The notes: generated by a model from the letters alone, not told the origin. 60,903 nucleotides of DNA, filler included, from Sphacelaria rigidula (GCA_964200075.2; 7 parts of 7 records of this genome joined end to end with filler, not necessarily neighbours in it); one strand, 5' to 3'; shown: positions 34,863 through 47,910, counted from the first letter of the whole stretch. Program-made: numbers and translations.

Positions 34863-35794
34863 GTGTGTGTCGAGTTCTCTGAGCGGGGGGGGGGGGGCCC
34901 TGTCCCTCCCTGCCCTTGGGCCGCTCCCTACCCGGTGGCCTGGGGGGGGGGGGGGGGGATATACGTAGTCTCGAGAAATCAAGCCATCAACTCTCTCCCC
35001 CCGCCCTGACGTTGCACTTTTTGTTACCGAGCATTGGGATAGGCACTCTCGTAGCGTAGCAGTCGGCGTTCTTGAGGAGTTTGATCTACACTCGAGAACG
35101 GTGTTGAATGGGTGATGCAATGTTGTTGCTATGCTGTAGTTGGAGACGGTTCCGGTTCGTTGTTTTTTATCTGGGCGAAGAAATGTGAATTGTGTGCGTA
35201 CAAGCTCTGACCGAAGGGTGCTGCACCGGAGTTCATAACTTGGCCCGAAATCCTGAATGTGGTATGTCATCTTCCGTTGACGTGATATTCACCATCGCGA
35301 ACGTTTGTGACTTCGATTTTCATGTACGAATGCTGTTATGGTATAGCCACATTCAAAAGCCCAGAGGTTGCCCCAAGTGATTCGGCATGATGTTCGCTTG
35401 ATGAATAGCTGAAAAGCTGCCAGTCGGACACATGGCAGATGTTGAGCTGTGGGCGCTCAGAGAGAGAGTAAGTGCCATTCGAGAACACGAGTGTCGTGTC
35501 CTCCGCCTGCGCAAGGATTAAAATATGACAAAATTGTGCTCATGCTGGTGGCAATGGTCTGTCTACGTGGTGTACATTGTGCATGTGATATACGCGGTGC
35601 TGTGCTGTGCGTCGTAGGCTTGTGTGGATGGCTTGATAGTTGTGGCTTATCTGTTTAGCGCGGCCCTAGACGCTTGATGCAACGCACTAGTGATGAACAC
35701 TGTCGGGACTGAGCGAGCGATATGCTCTGTGTTGAGAGATTGATGCTGTTGGGTGCTTAGTGGCGCGACCCGACACGCTGTCATACCCCCCTCC

Positions 35795-36110
35795 CCCTCC
35801 CGAAGACACCCATGAGACCGTGTGTAACCCGTGGCTGTCTAGGGAAGTGGCGTGCCAGAAAATAAAGCAACTCATTGCAGGCTGTCATCCACATGCCACA
35901 TAACCAGTAGACTTCGGGCCGAACAATCTAAGCAGGATGCAGCTCACCCCTCACGCGACTTACCGAACACATCACGGTGCTTCGCGCTTGGTGATTGATT
36001 GCGAGCCTGGTCCGGCGAAAACCCGGCGCGCTTCGTCTCAGCTTTGTCGGAATGCTTTGTCAATGGTCTGATGACTACGGCATGCGAGATCATGAGTACC
36101 CCACGTCTAT
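35795..36110. mobile_element. G-run TIR family, right-end fragment, in a CCT4 intron
   Basis: Colinear with 60100-60404 and 44860-45155; ends GGCATGCGAGATCATGAGTACCCC. Confidence 0.8.
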
Positions 36111-36229
36111 CATGGGTACGGGGAAGGTTGCCCACAACTCCACGTTTTCGTTTTGGTGTTGTTTGTGTTATTCTCTGCCTGCTGTTTTATTGTGTTTTAT
36201 GTTCGCGGTTTTCTGTGCGATGATTGCAG

Positions 36230-36319
36230 ATAAAAAAGGCGGGGTGCACGGTGCTGTTGGTGCAGAAGAGCATACTGCGAGACGCCTACAACGATCTGTC
36301 CATCCACTTCCTCGCTAAG
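36230..36319 (+). CDS. CCT4: T-complex protein 1 subunit delta, internal exon
   Basis: IKKAGCTVLLVQKSILRDAYNDLSIHFLAK; TGCAG acceptor, GTATCC donor. Confidence 0.95.
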
Positions 36320-37255
36320 GTATCCGTTTTGACGCCGCGCTGTGCTTCGCGAATGCACTGGTTGCACGGTCGACATATTTGTTACCACTTGTGTGCGTTG
36401 TTCGTGATTCTTGGTGTTTTGTATTGCCCTCCATTCACCACGTTTAAAAAATATATATATATATTTTCATAGGCGTGTTTTCGTTTCTTTCTTTTTTCTC
36501 TTCATTTCCGGAACGATGTCGATGAGGTTTTCTCAACAGCGCCCGAAAAAAAAAGAGCAGAAGAATACAACATGGTCGGGGGGACTGAGTCGTCGAGACA
36601 TGAATTTTTACAGCATCGAAAAAAGTCGGAGAAGGGAGGGAAAAGGGAAAAAAATTGACTTGCTAAATTGAACAATACGTTTCTCCTCTTAATTTTTTCC
36701 CTCTAGTTTCAAAGCGAACGACACCTATTCTTGACGTTATAGCGGCTCCCCAGTGATGGGTGCAGCTTGCGCGGCTCTGATCCAGCACTCGATACACAGC
36801 CAGGATGAGGCATCAGCTCCAGGGCTTTGAATGCTACCGTGGCGTGAGTGTTTCAAGCAGTCGCAGGCTTGGATAACAGCGTAGTCGCGGTTGCGTGGCA
36901 AGAGGGTTTTCACGATCGGCACGGGTGTGTCATGTAGTACTATGCTATTGTTTCCTCTCGTGGTATACAACCTGACCGTTCAATATATGTATGTGCGTAT
37001 AGTACTAGTACATGTACAAGCTTGCACCGACATAGAGTGTCCGTCTGTGAAATATATTTGCCTTCATTCATTTTCGTCGTAGAATTGAACCTCAAGGTAT
37101 CTATGTTTTTTCATTCGCATACGAAGTATATATTTCTTGTATTATGCTGTAAAATATCAAATAAACTGCTGTGCTCGTATTTTTTCGTACCCTATTTGTT
37201 TCTTTTTTGCCGTGGTTGTCATCCTGCCGTCCGCGGCGCGCGTGTATAAAAAAAG

Positions 37256-37368
37256 ATGGGCATCATGGTGGTCACCGACGTGGAACGGAATGACGTGGAG
37301 TTCATCGCGCGTACGCTCGCGCTCAAGCCGTGCGCCCACATCGACACCTTTACTCCCGACAGGCTAGG
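37256..37368 (+). CDS. CCT4: CCT4 internal exon
   Basis: [37 protein letters not shown](G); AAG acceptor, GTGAGA donor. Confidence 0.95.
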
Positions 37369-37564
37369 GTGAGAGCTCAATGTTCATTACACTAGCGTGC
37401 CATCCCCTCATTTTGTTTTCGTCACACTTTCCACCCCTGTCTTTTTCCGGGATAAGTCCCGTTGTACCAATATATCGACCTATTTCCTCTACCAGTACCT
37501 ACCTGACCATTTTCGTACGAACGTTTTTTTTTGTTATTGTTGCCACACTTTGAAGCCCTCCCCT

Positions 37565-37855
37565 TCATCGGGACGAGTCCGAGGTCTAATGGTCTGAAGG
37601 GATCAACCCATCTCTCCCTCCAGTACATACTTTGCATCTTGGTCTCGCGTATTGGGTCAGCACTGCCGCACCGCGTCATGGCTCGTCAAACAAACTCCAT
37701 CGACTACTTTTCGTTTATTTACGTACCCATGCTTTCGACGGTGGAAATCAGAGACTTGAGGTGAAGAGCCCGGACGCATCGGGAATCGAACCCACGTTTC
37801 TCTCTCCACCCCATTGGTTACAGTCGAACCATTACACCACCGGGGAGCGACGGTA
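37565..37855 (-). mobile_element. tRNA-derived SINE, family B
   Basis: Head has TGGTGTAATGG (A box) and GGTTCGATTCC (B box); 3' motif GGGAGAGATGGGTTGATCCCTT also occurs near 8003-8030 and 27955-27982. Confidence 0.7.
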
Positions 37856-38247
37856 TCGAAGGTTCTATCGTGACTATCATGAATGCCTTTTTCATATCAA
37901 CTATACGTGATGAAAATAGCACCCGTACGCCACGTCCGACTCTCGTTTTTGGTTTTGTTTTTTTGTCCATCCGCGTCTTCGCGTTTTCAAGGATGCGAAG
38001 CACATCCCGTTAACATGGATGTCCGACTTTCGGAGTCGTTATCTTCCGTATAGACAGACAGCATGGGCGTAGGCGCGATGGGGTTTCGTTGTAGATCACA
38101 GCTTCTATTTGTTAGTGTTGGTGATTATAATAGTGATTGACTGTTGCAGCCGCTGTTGATGCTGTCATTGTCATCGTTAAAACGTTGCGTTATGGCCTGC
38201 TTCGGTCCCCTGTTTCTGATATTTTTGTATCTGTTGGCGTGTCACAG

Positions 38248-38296
38248 GAGTGCAGAGCTAGTTCACGAGGTCTCCATGCCGGGCTCAGGGCACAAG
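38248..38296 (+). CDS. CCT4: CCT4 internal exon
   Basis: (G)SAELVHEVSMPGSGHK; CACAG acceptor, GTTAGT donor; phases match both neighbours. Confidence 0.92.
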
Positions 38297-38526
38297 GTTA
38301 GTGCTGTGTTTCGGTTCTCTTTGTCTCTCTAGTATATGTGTGTGTTTGAGTGTATTGTGTTGTGTCGTCCCATGTTTTCTGGTCGCTAGTCTTCATTTCT
38401 CGGTGCATGTGGGCATATCAGCTGGGTCGCGCAGGAGAAGGGTCAACACAGAAGCTTTTTTTATTTCATATTCTGCTCCAGTACTCTACGTTCCTTGGGT
38501 GGTGCTTGCCTGTTTTTCGTCACAAG

Positions 38527-39270
38527 AAGGGTTCGACGGTTTCTCTCCCTCATCGACCGTGAAGTCGGATTTTGTGTACCCACGACGTACAGTAGTGGGC
38601 GGTTTAACTAAACAGGAGTGTTCTAGGGTTTTCCTCGCGTACTAGCCTTGGATATAACTCGAAATTGCTAGCGTCGGTAGATTTTGGTCTAATAAACAGA
38701 TCATCCTCGAAACACAGTGCCCAAGTCAGTGTTGAGTTGGTGTTATCGGGCAATACGAGGAAATGCCCCGTTTATCAGGAGGGTGTTAATGACCACGAAA
38801 CACAGTTTTTCGGCTCTAGTGCAATGAGTAAGTAGAATTTCAAAAAATGAAACTGTGCATTTCTTTCTAAATATGATCGGGACAGGCTCTCGATCGCCCG
38901 AAAATTCCGAAGAGTAATTATCTGGGCTGAAACGTGGCAGGACCCTGATGATCGGTCAGCCCGTAAAAGTCACTCAATATTGAGTACAGATGATGTTTTT
39001 TCCTGAAATGTGGAGCGGATACAAATACCTTCAGATCCACAACGTGATACGCGGTGGCAAGCGAAAAGAGCCCAAGGAAATCGCCAATTACGAAAAAATC
39101 ACAAAATGCCACAAAATGAAAAGTTAGACCGCCCACTACTGTAGGCGCTCTCCACTGCTGGGCATGATGTTGGGGGAAGAACCCGTATCGTGTGACTTCA
39201 CCGACATTCGAACTCACGTCCCCGCCGTCAGAAGGTTTCGAGGATACCAACTCAGCCGCCGGGCCGGCCG
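38527..39270 (-). mobile_element. SINE family A copy split by a MITE
   Basis: 38527-38589 joined to 39144-39270 reconstitutes the 7596-7789 sequence. Confidence 0.8.
38590..39141. mobile_element. Tc1/mariner-type MITE, 552 bp, TA target duplication
   Basis: TIR CAGTAGTGGGCGGT(T/C)TAACT, 19/20 identical; TA on both sides. Confidence 0.9.
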
Positions 39271-40874
39271 ACTTGCAGTGCGATGCCGACAAAATAGCCC
39301 GACGGTTGATTGGTACTGTAGGAACTCACTGGACTAATAACAAGAGATTTTCAGAAGATTTGTGTTTGGTCTGACGCTTGAAATGGTAGTGGACGTGGTT
39401 GTGGTTAGAGTACCTCCCCCAGAGTCTCCGTAGCACGTGTCTTGAGTGCGTGAGAGCGGTTGATATACATTCACATCACAGAGGCTGCGGGGGTGGAGCA
39501 GAGTGACTGGAGAGTGGCGTGACAGTGAAGCACTGGGTTGATAGTTTTGCGCAAGACGTCTCTATCCCACCTTGGTCGAAAAAACGGGAAGGTGAGGAGA
39601 GATGTAGGACCGCTTTGAAGAGCAGACGGATTGATGGCAACATTTACTTGTCGCCGACATCGGTGTTTATCATCGCTTGACTCACATAACCTATATGCCT
39701 TTTTCGTCATCGTAGCGTCTTGTTTTGGGTGCGTTGGAAAACGAAAATGACCGCATTCCTCCTGTTCCGGTGAATGGTTGCGGATACACGGAGGGTAGCT
39801 GCTTTCCACCGTGCCTCGGTTTGTGTTTGCGTCAAGAATGGTGGCACGCAGTGAAAAGCACGGAGATGGGATATCAAGTCGAACCGTCAAATATGGACGT
39901 ATAGTAAAGAGGGCAGCGTAACAGTCCTGACGAAGTGTATATTTTCCGAAATTAACGGAGCACACCTTTCCCCCTCCAGCCCCGGTTTCGACTCCGCAGG
40001 GGGCGTAATGCAAGAGATTTCATGGAGGTCCGAAAAAGTAAGAAATGATTATGTGACACAACGACCATCTGGGAGTGTTCGCCGTCCGTCTTACGGACAT
40101 GCTGAAGAAAAAGACCCGAAAAGGCCAGAATGTGAAGATAAACGTGTCATCACCATTTTCAAGTTGAGCATACGCCCTTGTTTGCGAGACGTGATCTGTG
40201 TATACTATGGCCTTTTGTTCTCGGACGGAAAAATCGTGTCACGCTTGAAAAAACAAAACCCTGAGGAGAAAAAGGGATGAAGGTTTGCACCCAGGACACG
40301 AGTGCTGCTCTCGTGGTGTTTTGCGCTGTAGAGGGAGAGACCACCCAACGGCTTGTGCTTCTTTTGTTCTCGTGTCGTGCACAGCTTTCGTGTTGTTGAA
40401 AAAAACAGATTGTGATGGGAGGTGAATCAGCCCACTTGATGTTTCCACGCGCCATTGCACGAGTTGAGTTGATTACAGTTCTGTTTCACTTTTTTCTTCG
40501 TGTCATTCGCACGTACGCTTTTTCAATTATGTTTCTGTTCCATTAATCCATCGTTCCCGATATTATTCCCAGGATGCCAACCACGGCTGTCCTCAGTTTT
40601 TCGCCCAGGTTGCGTATTTCGTCTCTTGCTTCCTCACCGCCGCCGTCTTCCTTTGGACCCGTCTCCCTCGTCAAAACGTGGGTGGATATCTTCCTGTCTC
40701 CCGGAGAATTTTGCAAAATTTGCCTCGGAAGATGAGCAATGACGGCTAAATGCAGTGAGCAATCAAAATCAAAGCCCTGTCGAACATTCGTTCCAACCCC
40801 TCACCTAACTCCCCGGTTTCTACACCTCCGCACCTTCTACCCTCGATGGTGTGACGACTAACTTTCCACGGCAG

Positions 40875-41003
40875 GTCGTAAAGGTGACAGGTGTGCCAAC
40901 AACAGGCAAGACAATGACGGTGCTCATGCGCGGGTCTAATAGACTGGTCCTGGACGAGGCGGAGAGAAGTGTGCACGACGCCCTCTGTGTCGTGCGTTCT
41001 CTG
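40875..41003 (+). CDS. CCT4: CCT4 internal exon
   Basis: [48 protein letters not shown] acceptor, GTAAGT donor. Confidence 0.96.
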
Positions 41004-41418
41004 GTAAGTTCCGGGTCCGTTGGTTGTCAGTCACGAGTGAGTCCGGGGGGATGGCGGGGGGTGTACTCATCATCATGCAGGGGGCAGGGGAATCACTTGT
41101 TGCTTGCCTCAGGCTACTTCTTGAAAAGTGTATTTTTGATCCTTCTCCATCGTTTTTATCCCGAAAATAGGGCTAGGCGGATGTCGACACCTTGGAAAGA
41201 ATGACTTGCTGTACCCGTTGAGACCGCTCCAGATCACCTTTGCGTTCTCCGTGAGTCACAACTCCGTTTTGACCAAACTTGCATTCTCAAAAACAAACGG
41301 TCGAGTTTTCAAAAAAAACAGGTCGAGGATACATTTGGCGAGGAATCTCAAGGTCTCAAGAAGGTTGGCTGACCCGTGTTCCGGCTATTTGTCTCGCGTG
41401 CTGGTTGTGATGTTGCAG

Positions 41419-41542
41419 GTGAAAAAACGCTTTTTGATCGCCGGAGGTGGGGCAGGGGAGACGGAGGTCGCGATGCGCTTGGCCGAGTGGTCCAAGACAC
41501 AGACGGGCATGAAGGGCTACTGCATACGGGCATATGGCGAGG
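41419..41542 (+). CDS. CCT4: CCT4 internal exon
   Basis: VKKRFLIAGGGAGETEVAMRLAEWSKTQTGMKGYCIRAYGE; TGCAG acceptor, GTAAGA donor. Confidence 0.96.
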
Positions 41543-42130
41543 GTAAGAGTCGGACTCGGCTGCTTTCTTGTCATCCCTAGTCGGCTGTTTTATGAAATAT
41601 ACAGCGCGCTATGTCGTCCACCCTCACAGGTCCGCTGAGTTCTGCGGTATAGTGTGTTGTCTCAAAGGCATTACATGTATCTCTGAACACGAGCTTGCGC
41701 TCGTGAACATGAGAGCAGAGCGTCAGTTGCGCTGTGATTGAAGGGTGAAGGTGGGTCACATGGTCGCACCTGCCCTCTTTGCGTCCGTAGAAGAACGTTC
41801 TTGTTTTGGAGTCTAATGTTCCCGTTTGTTTTGTTCTGTTTCTCTCCTGTGATCATTTTGTCAAAACCACAGCCTCGTTTCGCCACGCAGGCAACCCGAC
41901 CTTATTATCCCTGTCAGTTCTCTTCACTTACCACGAAGGTGTCAGTCTCGTGTCACGTGTGTGCCCGCTGCGAAGTTTTTGATGACGTGGGTGTGATGCA
42001 CGTTCTAATGTTGTTGCAGTAGTCAAGATATGAATAGTGGAAAGCTTGAGATAAAAGGGCTATACCTCTCGTTCCTCCCCCCGACTTACTCCGTCTTGTC
42101 TCTCTTGTTCTATCGTGCCAAACACAACAG

Positions 42131-42235
42131 CGCTCGAGGTGATCCCCTACACTTTGGCGGAGAACGCGGGAATGAACCCAATTAGCATCGTCACCGAGTT
42201 GAGGTCCGAGCACGCAAAGGGCAAGGTTGGAGCAG
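42131..42235 (+). CDS. CCT4: CCT4 internal exon (terminal exons absent from this contig)
   Basis: (A)[34 protein letters not shown](G); AACAG acceptor, GTGGGC donor. Confidence 0.95.
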
Positions 42236-43476
42236 GTGGGCAACAGCTTCAAGCGTTTTGATTGTAAATTTTTAAGGCGTGTTATTATTGACACCACGTT
42301 TTCGGAGATATCCCAAGATTTCGGAACTGACGAGGCACCCGATGACTCTCGAACGCTTGCGAGTGCCACGGCGTACACGCGGGGCAACTCCACCAAGTGC
42401 TGCGGTGCAGTCCGAATTGCGGAGACTTCTGCAAAAATGGAGCTTCGGCAAAAAATCAGGCCGCTTCGTTTCCGGAGAAGTCCGAACGCAGGGGCCAAGA
42501 AGTTGGAAAATGTCTGGGATTTCCGGTAAAAACATGGTCGATAATAATGGGCATAAGCCGAAATGCAAGGTTTGACCGCTACCCACACAAGTTATGTCCA
42601 CGTAGATATGTCACGGTTTCACGTCAGGTGGTATGCAGCAAAGAGTGTTTTCATATTTATTTTCAAGCAGAAATGGAAGATTACATCATTCAGCCACCGC
42701 CTGGAACCACATGGACGGCATCGCCGCGATCTCATCAATTGGTCTGGTCCGCCCCCCCCCCCCCCACCCCCCCGGAAATCTCCAGATTTTTCAGGGGGCG
42801 GGGGGGCAAGAAGAAAACTCAGAAAAGTATGCGAGCAGACTTTTTTAACCAGGTCGGGCAATAGATCAATTCAAAACTGACTGCGTTTTTTTCTCGAGAG
42901 GTTGAACAAATCTATTTTTGCAGCACGATTCGAAAAACTCTGAACTAATTGCCCTGTTCTTGATAGTAAGAACCCTGATGCGCAAGTATATCTTGTCCTG
43001 GTCCGATAGAGTTCCCAACATCTGATTGTCGGTGCTCAGCTGCGCATTTTTCCTGCAGATTTTCTCCGTGATTGAGGCGACACCGTCTTTTTCACCTCGC
43101 TTGTGCTGACCATGCGCTCATGATGAATTCACGATTCATCGGTTGTGTTTCGAGTGTGCGAAGCACTGAGTCCGGTATACCCTTCCAGGCTATCGTTGTG
43201 TACGCCAACCAAGCATTTGTGTGGTGCCATATGTTTCTGCTCGCGCTTTCCCCTTCGACCACTTGGGAGACTTTCATGGTTTGTTCCCCGACGCTACTGT
43301 AGTCACGATCCATTGGGTTGCAGTAGAAATGCACACAAGCATGAGAGAAGCTCGACTGACTGTTTAGGAGTTGCGGCCACGTCACGACAAGTGCCCCTAT
43401 ATCCCCCCCCTGCTCCGTCTCGAAAGGGATGCGTGGTCAATGGTCAAATGACTAAGGCAAGCAACAAATGAGTACG

Positions 43477-43576
43477 NNNNNNNNNNNNNNNNNNNNNNNN
43501 NNNNNNNNNNNNNNNNNNNNTTAATTAATTAANNNNNNNNNNNNNNNNNNNNNNNNNNNNNNNNNNNNNNNNNNNN
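43477..43576. other. Artificial contig spacer
   Basis: N44-TTAATTAATTAA-N44. Confidence 0.99.
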
Positions 43577-43605
43577 GGGGGGGGGGTGGGGGGGGGGGGT
43601 TGGTA

Positions 43606-45151
43606 GGGGGGGTGTACTTTATTCGTTGCTTGCCGTAGTCATTTAACCGTTGACCACGCATCTCCCTCGAGACGGAGCCCCGTTCCTCCTCCTTACGGAG
43701 ACAACTCCAACATTTGGGCGCTCATCACGTTTCTTCCGTACATTACACATAAACCTTTTACATATCTTATCCCCTTCATGCGTCGCCGTCGAAGGGAAGG
43801 GGGGTCGAGGGGGCGTACTCATTTGTTGCTTGCCTTGGTCGTTTGACCATTGACCACGCATCCCTTGCGAGACGGAGCACCTTGGCGGGGCGGGTGAAAG
43901 TGTGACGAATAAACAGATAGATATATACATGTACTGCACGCTAGCAGCGCACACAACACAGACCGTGAAGTCACCGGGGAGTGAAGGCAACCATGGTGCC
44001 AGGCACGTGCCAGTTAGTCAAGCGGGCGAAGACGGACGGGCAAACTACCGGGCATTGCCCAGTCAACCGCAGTCCAGCCGTGCCGAAATACGAAGCCCTC
44101 GCCATCTGTGTCTGCGTAGGTTGAAGCATATCTACCGCCATGTTGTGCTTGAACTGTCCTCGGAAAGTCTCCGGCTTTTTTCACATGAACGGTGCCACAC
44201 GTGTCCAGCATGGCTTCCTTGACTGAAGCGCGGATGGTCATGTGACAAAGTTGCCCGCTCTCGAAGGCGGTCATGTAGGGGTTTTATTCGGGTAGTAGCC
44301 AAAATCGGGTGTATAATGTAGTTTGATGAATAAAAAGGGATGTTGTACTTTTCGGTTCGGGGCGCAGCGCTGCACGCGGACTGAGCACCTCGAAAACATG
44401 TTCCGGTGCCTTAGCCTCATGCCCAACGTGCTTGGGCATCATGCTCCTTCAAAAGATGGTAATGCGCGGGATACTTTTCGGCAGGACCGATCACGTAAAA
44501 TTACTCGCCGGCTGGAGTGGATCTGCCGACTCGGATGGCTGGACGTCAAAATGTTGTTATCGTTATAATACACATTCGGGACAAAAAGTGTCATTCCGAT
44601 CGGAAGATTTAAGTGTCGGTTCGCTAATTTATTGTAACGACTTGCGTATTAACGTTACGTTTCGGGGAAATTAGGTTCCGGTTCCAGGGATTTCGAGATT
44701 CCGGTTCAGATCAATGCTCTCATGTCCACTACTATTCAACACATCGTAGATCGAGCGCAATAACGCGTGTATTTTTCCGGCTGGAGGATGTTCATTTTCG
44801 AGAGTGCCCCGCACGCGAATGTCCTTGAAAAACGCCTCCTCCCGCCATGGTATGGTGAGATATCCATGAGGCAGTGTAATCCGTGGTTGTCTCTGGATGT
44901 GACGATACCAGCAAAATGAAGCAACTAACTGCAGGCTGTCTCACCCATATGCAAGAGAATCAGTACGCTTCGGGCCGAACAATCTTCGCAGGATGCAGCA
45001 CACCCTTCATGCGACTCGCCGAACACATGATGGTGCTTCGCACTCGGTGATTTGATTGCGAGCCTGGTCCGGCAAAAACCCGGCCCTCCCTTCCGGCTTT
45101 GTAGAGATGCGACGTCAAAAATATTATGATTACGGCATGCAAGATCATGAA

Positions 45152-45192
<41 letters not shown>
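43606..45192. mobile_element. G-run TIR family: left ends near 43606 and 43809, right end 44860-45192; possibly one composite element
   Basis: GGGGGCGTACTCATTTGTTGCTTGCCTTGGTCGTTTGACCATTGACCACGCATCCC ... GGCATGCAAGATCATGAAT(C)n. Confidence 0.6.
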
Positions 45193-45194
<2 letters not shown>

Positions 45195-45229
45195 TCTCTT
45201 CATCACCCCCCACAGGCCCCCAGCCGCAA

Positions 45230-45239
45230 NNNNNNNNNN
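45230..45239. other. 10-N intra-scaffold gap
   Basis: N10 with no linker, next to a long C run. Confidence 0.97.
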
Positions 45240-45367
45240 GGAAAAAACCCGCGCCCCCTCCCCGTTTTTTTGCAAGGTGAGGTCAAAAAAATTTTTTTTT
45301 CGTGATGTACAATACTTAAATCCCCCCCCCCCCCCCCTCCATATGTCACCGTTGTTGTTGTGTTCAG

Positions 45368-45450
45368 GTCACACGGACGAGGTGAACGCGATCAAGTGGG
45401 ATCCTAGCGGAAGCCTGCTGGCCAGCTGCTCGGACGATTACACCGCAAAG
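45368..45450 (+). CDS. TBL1: TBL1/TBL1XR1 (Ebi/HOS15/SIF2 family) WD40 protein, internal exon
   Basis: (G)[32 protein letters not shown] acceptor, GTAAGT donor. Confidence 0.92.
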
Positions 45451-45784
45451 GTAAGTTATTCAGTACCGGCACATGTTTGTCTTCATTTTTTTCTCGTTAC
45501 TAGTAGCTCTGCGGTACCCCGACCCCACGAGGCAAGCCAAGAAAAAAAAGTAATCCCTCCTATATTCGTACATCGACTAGCCGCCGCGCCGTGGCGGTGG
45601 TAAAACTGGTACCCCACCTCATCAGCGACTTTGGCGGAGTAGTAGGTTGAAATCCCGACAGAAACGGGCTGATCCGATGCTTGATGGTGAGTTACAACAC
45701 TGAAATGTACCTACCAGTGGCATGACGTGTTGATGTGGTGCCCCTTCTTTCGTGAAACTACGAAGTTGTTCCCGCAGAATGGGT

Positions 45785-45960
45785 GAGGGGGGCGAACTCA
45801 TTCATTGCTTGCCTTGGTCGTTCGATCGTTGACCACGCATCCCTTTCGAGACGGCGCACCGTTCCTGCCTACTCATAGAGACACCTCCAGCGTTGGGCGC
45901 TCGTTATGTTCATTTCCCATACATTGCGCAAGAACGTTTCACGTTGTTAGTCTTATGCCC
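45785..45960. mobile_element. G-run TIR family, left-end fragment
   Basis: GGGGGCGAACTCATTCATTGCTTGCCTTGGTCGTTCG...GACCACGCATCCCTTTCGAGACGG. Confidence 0.75.
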
Positions 45961-46438
45961 TCCTGTTGCGCCAAATGTGGCCACAATCCATCTTCCAGTG
46001 TAGCGATCGTTCTCGAGCTACTATCTGATCTTCACTTATCGTATGCCCTTTCCATTTCGTCGTCTGTGGACACCATCTATATCTTCCAGTATAACGATCG
46101 CTCCCTCGCTACTATTTGGTGTACCGAACTTTTGTCCCGAGGACGGAGGGGGGGGGGGGGAAGCTGGAAGCATATCCAAAAAAAAGAAGAGAAGAAAATA
46201 TATATATTTACCGCATGTTATGCGCAAAAGAGTATTGTACCGTGGTACAGCCGTGCCTTGGGGGTGATGTCACGATGGAGGGGAATCTACAAGGACTTTT
46301 GTCACAGCTCGTTCCGTGGAACTCCTCTTTGGAGGAACAAGAGTATCCTCCGACGAACCTCTTTGTTTTACATCCCTCTTCGATAGTAGGCTGCACGATG
46401 TGCGTATGGAGACAGGTCATTTTTATTTGTATATTTAT

Positions 46439-46495
46439 CACGGTTAGGACAAACCATCACGACTCAAAATCACCAAATTCACGATTTATTCGGCC
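46439..46495. repeat. Repeat end shared with 52136-52190
   Basis: CACGGTTAGGACAAA(C/T)CATCACGACTC(A/G)AAAT(C/T)ACCAAATTCACGATTT at both sites. Confidence 0.75.
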
Positions 46496-47879
46496 TGATT
46501 GCCCAAAAGGGAGAAAAAGTTGATCGCTGGTCCAAGGGGTATCTACGCAACTTTGGCGCCATTCCACATGTTTGTTCAGTGCATGCTTCGTGTGTGATGA
46601 GGGGCATCCTCGTCCATCTGCAAAGGAGCACTATGGTGGACTACTTTTGGGGGGCACCGCTGCTACTTAGCAGTATTTGACACTATCTTGGGGTGGGGCA
46701 TACTCATTTTTTAGAGCTCAGAAATGGTTTGTCTAACCGTCAACCAGTTCAATGGTTGCGCGCAACCATTAACTGCTTACATGGTACAGAGTGGTTTGGT
46801 CATCGAGCGGCGCAGCCGCGAGCCAAAAAGTCCCCTCCGGCAGAGGGGGCCCGCTGGAGGCGCCCCCGGAGGGCCTCGCTGGAGGCGCCGTGCTGGAGGC
46901 ACGTTTATACCCGATTTAGCTTCACTAGAGCTATAAAATACGTTGAATTTGGGCCAATTTTCGAGGGCTGTATGTGGCAAAGAAGAAAATATGTTCGCTC
47001 AAAATATGCTCACGTGTGACTCTGACGAGTGCAACACAATGAAATGCCACACCGAAAGCAACACCGAAGCGAATAGGCTGTTTGCGCCAACAATTGTTGA
47101 AAAATATTCGTAAGGGCAACAATGTTCATGCATCAATATATTTTTTTATTTTTCCCGGGAAATGGGATTTTTTTCCTCACTTTTTGAAAAAAAATCCACA
47201 CATTTTGGAAAATACGAAGATTCGTTCTATCAGGCAAAAAAAACGTGTATTTATGTAAAATGTTTTCGAATAATTGGATTCTCGTCCCCCACTTCTCCCA
47301 GGAAAAATGCTGATTTTTTTTCACAGATTTCAAGAATACTCTCAAGGGGGGTTTGATTGTCGGGCAATTATGTCAAATACATTTTTCCCTCCGAAACATT
47401 GAATTTCCTGTCCCACTTCTCCTGAATAGCTGCTGGAGAAAAAAATCATACGCTAAATTTTGGGAGAAATCCGCATTCAGTCTTGAATTGATCTACTTTT
47501 TCACCTGCTTGAGACATCTGTTCTCACATCTTTCGCAGATTTTTTTTGCTTCCCCGAAAATTCCGGAGATTTCGGGGAAGTGAACCCGTTAATAATTCAT
47601 CCCTCAGACTTCGGGATCTTTCAAAATCTGTTCGCGCGAACCCGGCTATCTGTTTTGCTCAAAGTGAAATTTTGAACTTAGCTGCAGGGGCACATGTACC
47701 AAGCGAACCGTTTCTTCTTTAATTTGGTAATTCTTCCATCCCTTTTTAATTGCGTCTCATGTTCCGCTCATTTTTTTATCATTCCGACGAAAATGCCGCT
47801 TTGAATAGTATATATTTTTTGTGCCCATTTTTCTAAAGTATTTATTTATTATGATAATAATAGTATTGTATGCTTGTAC

Positions 47880-47910
<31 letters not shown>

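Noticed and set aside
42670..42720. Next CCT4 exon (EMEDYIIQP resembles ENVVQP)
   Set aside because: Lacks the preceding GINVRKG-type and following LLVS-type sequence; lies in repeat-like DNA
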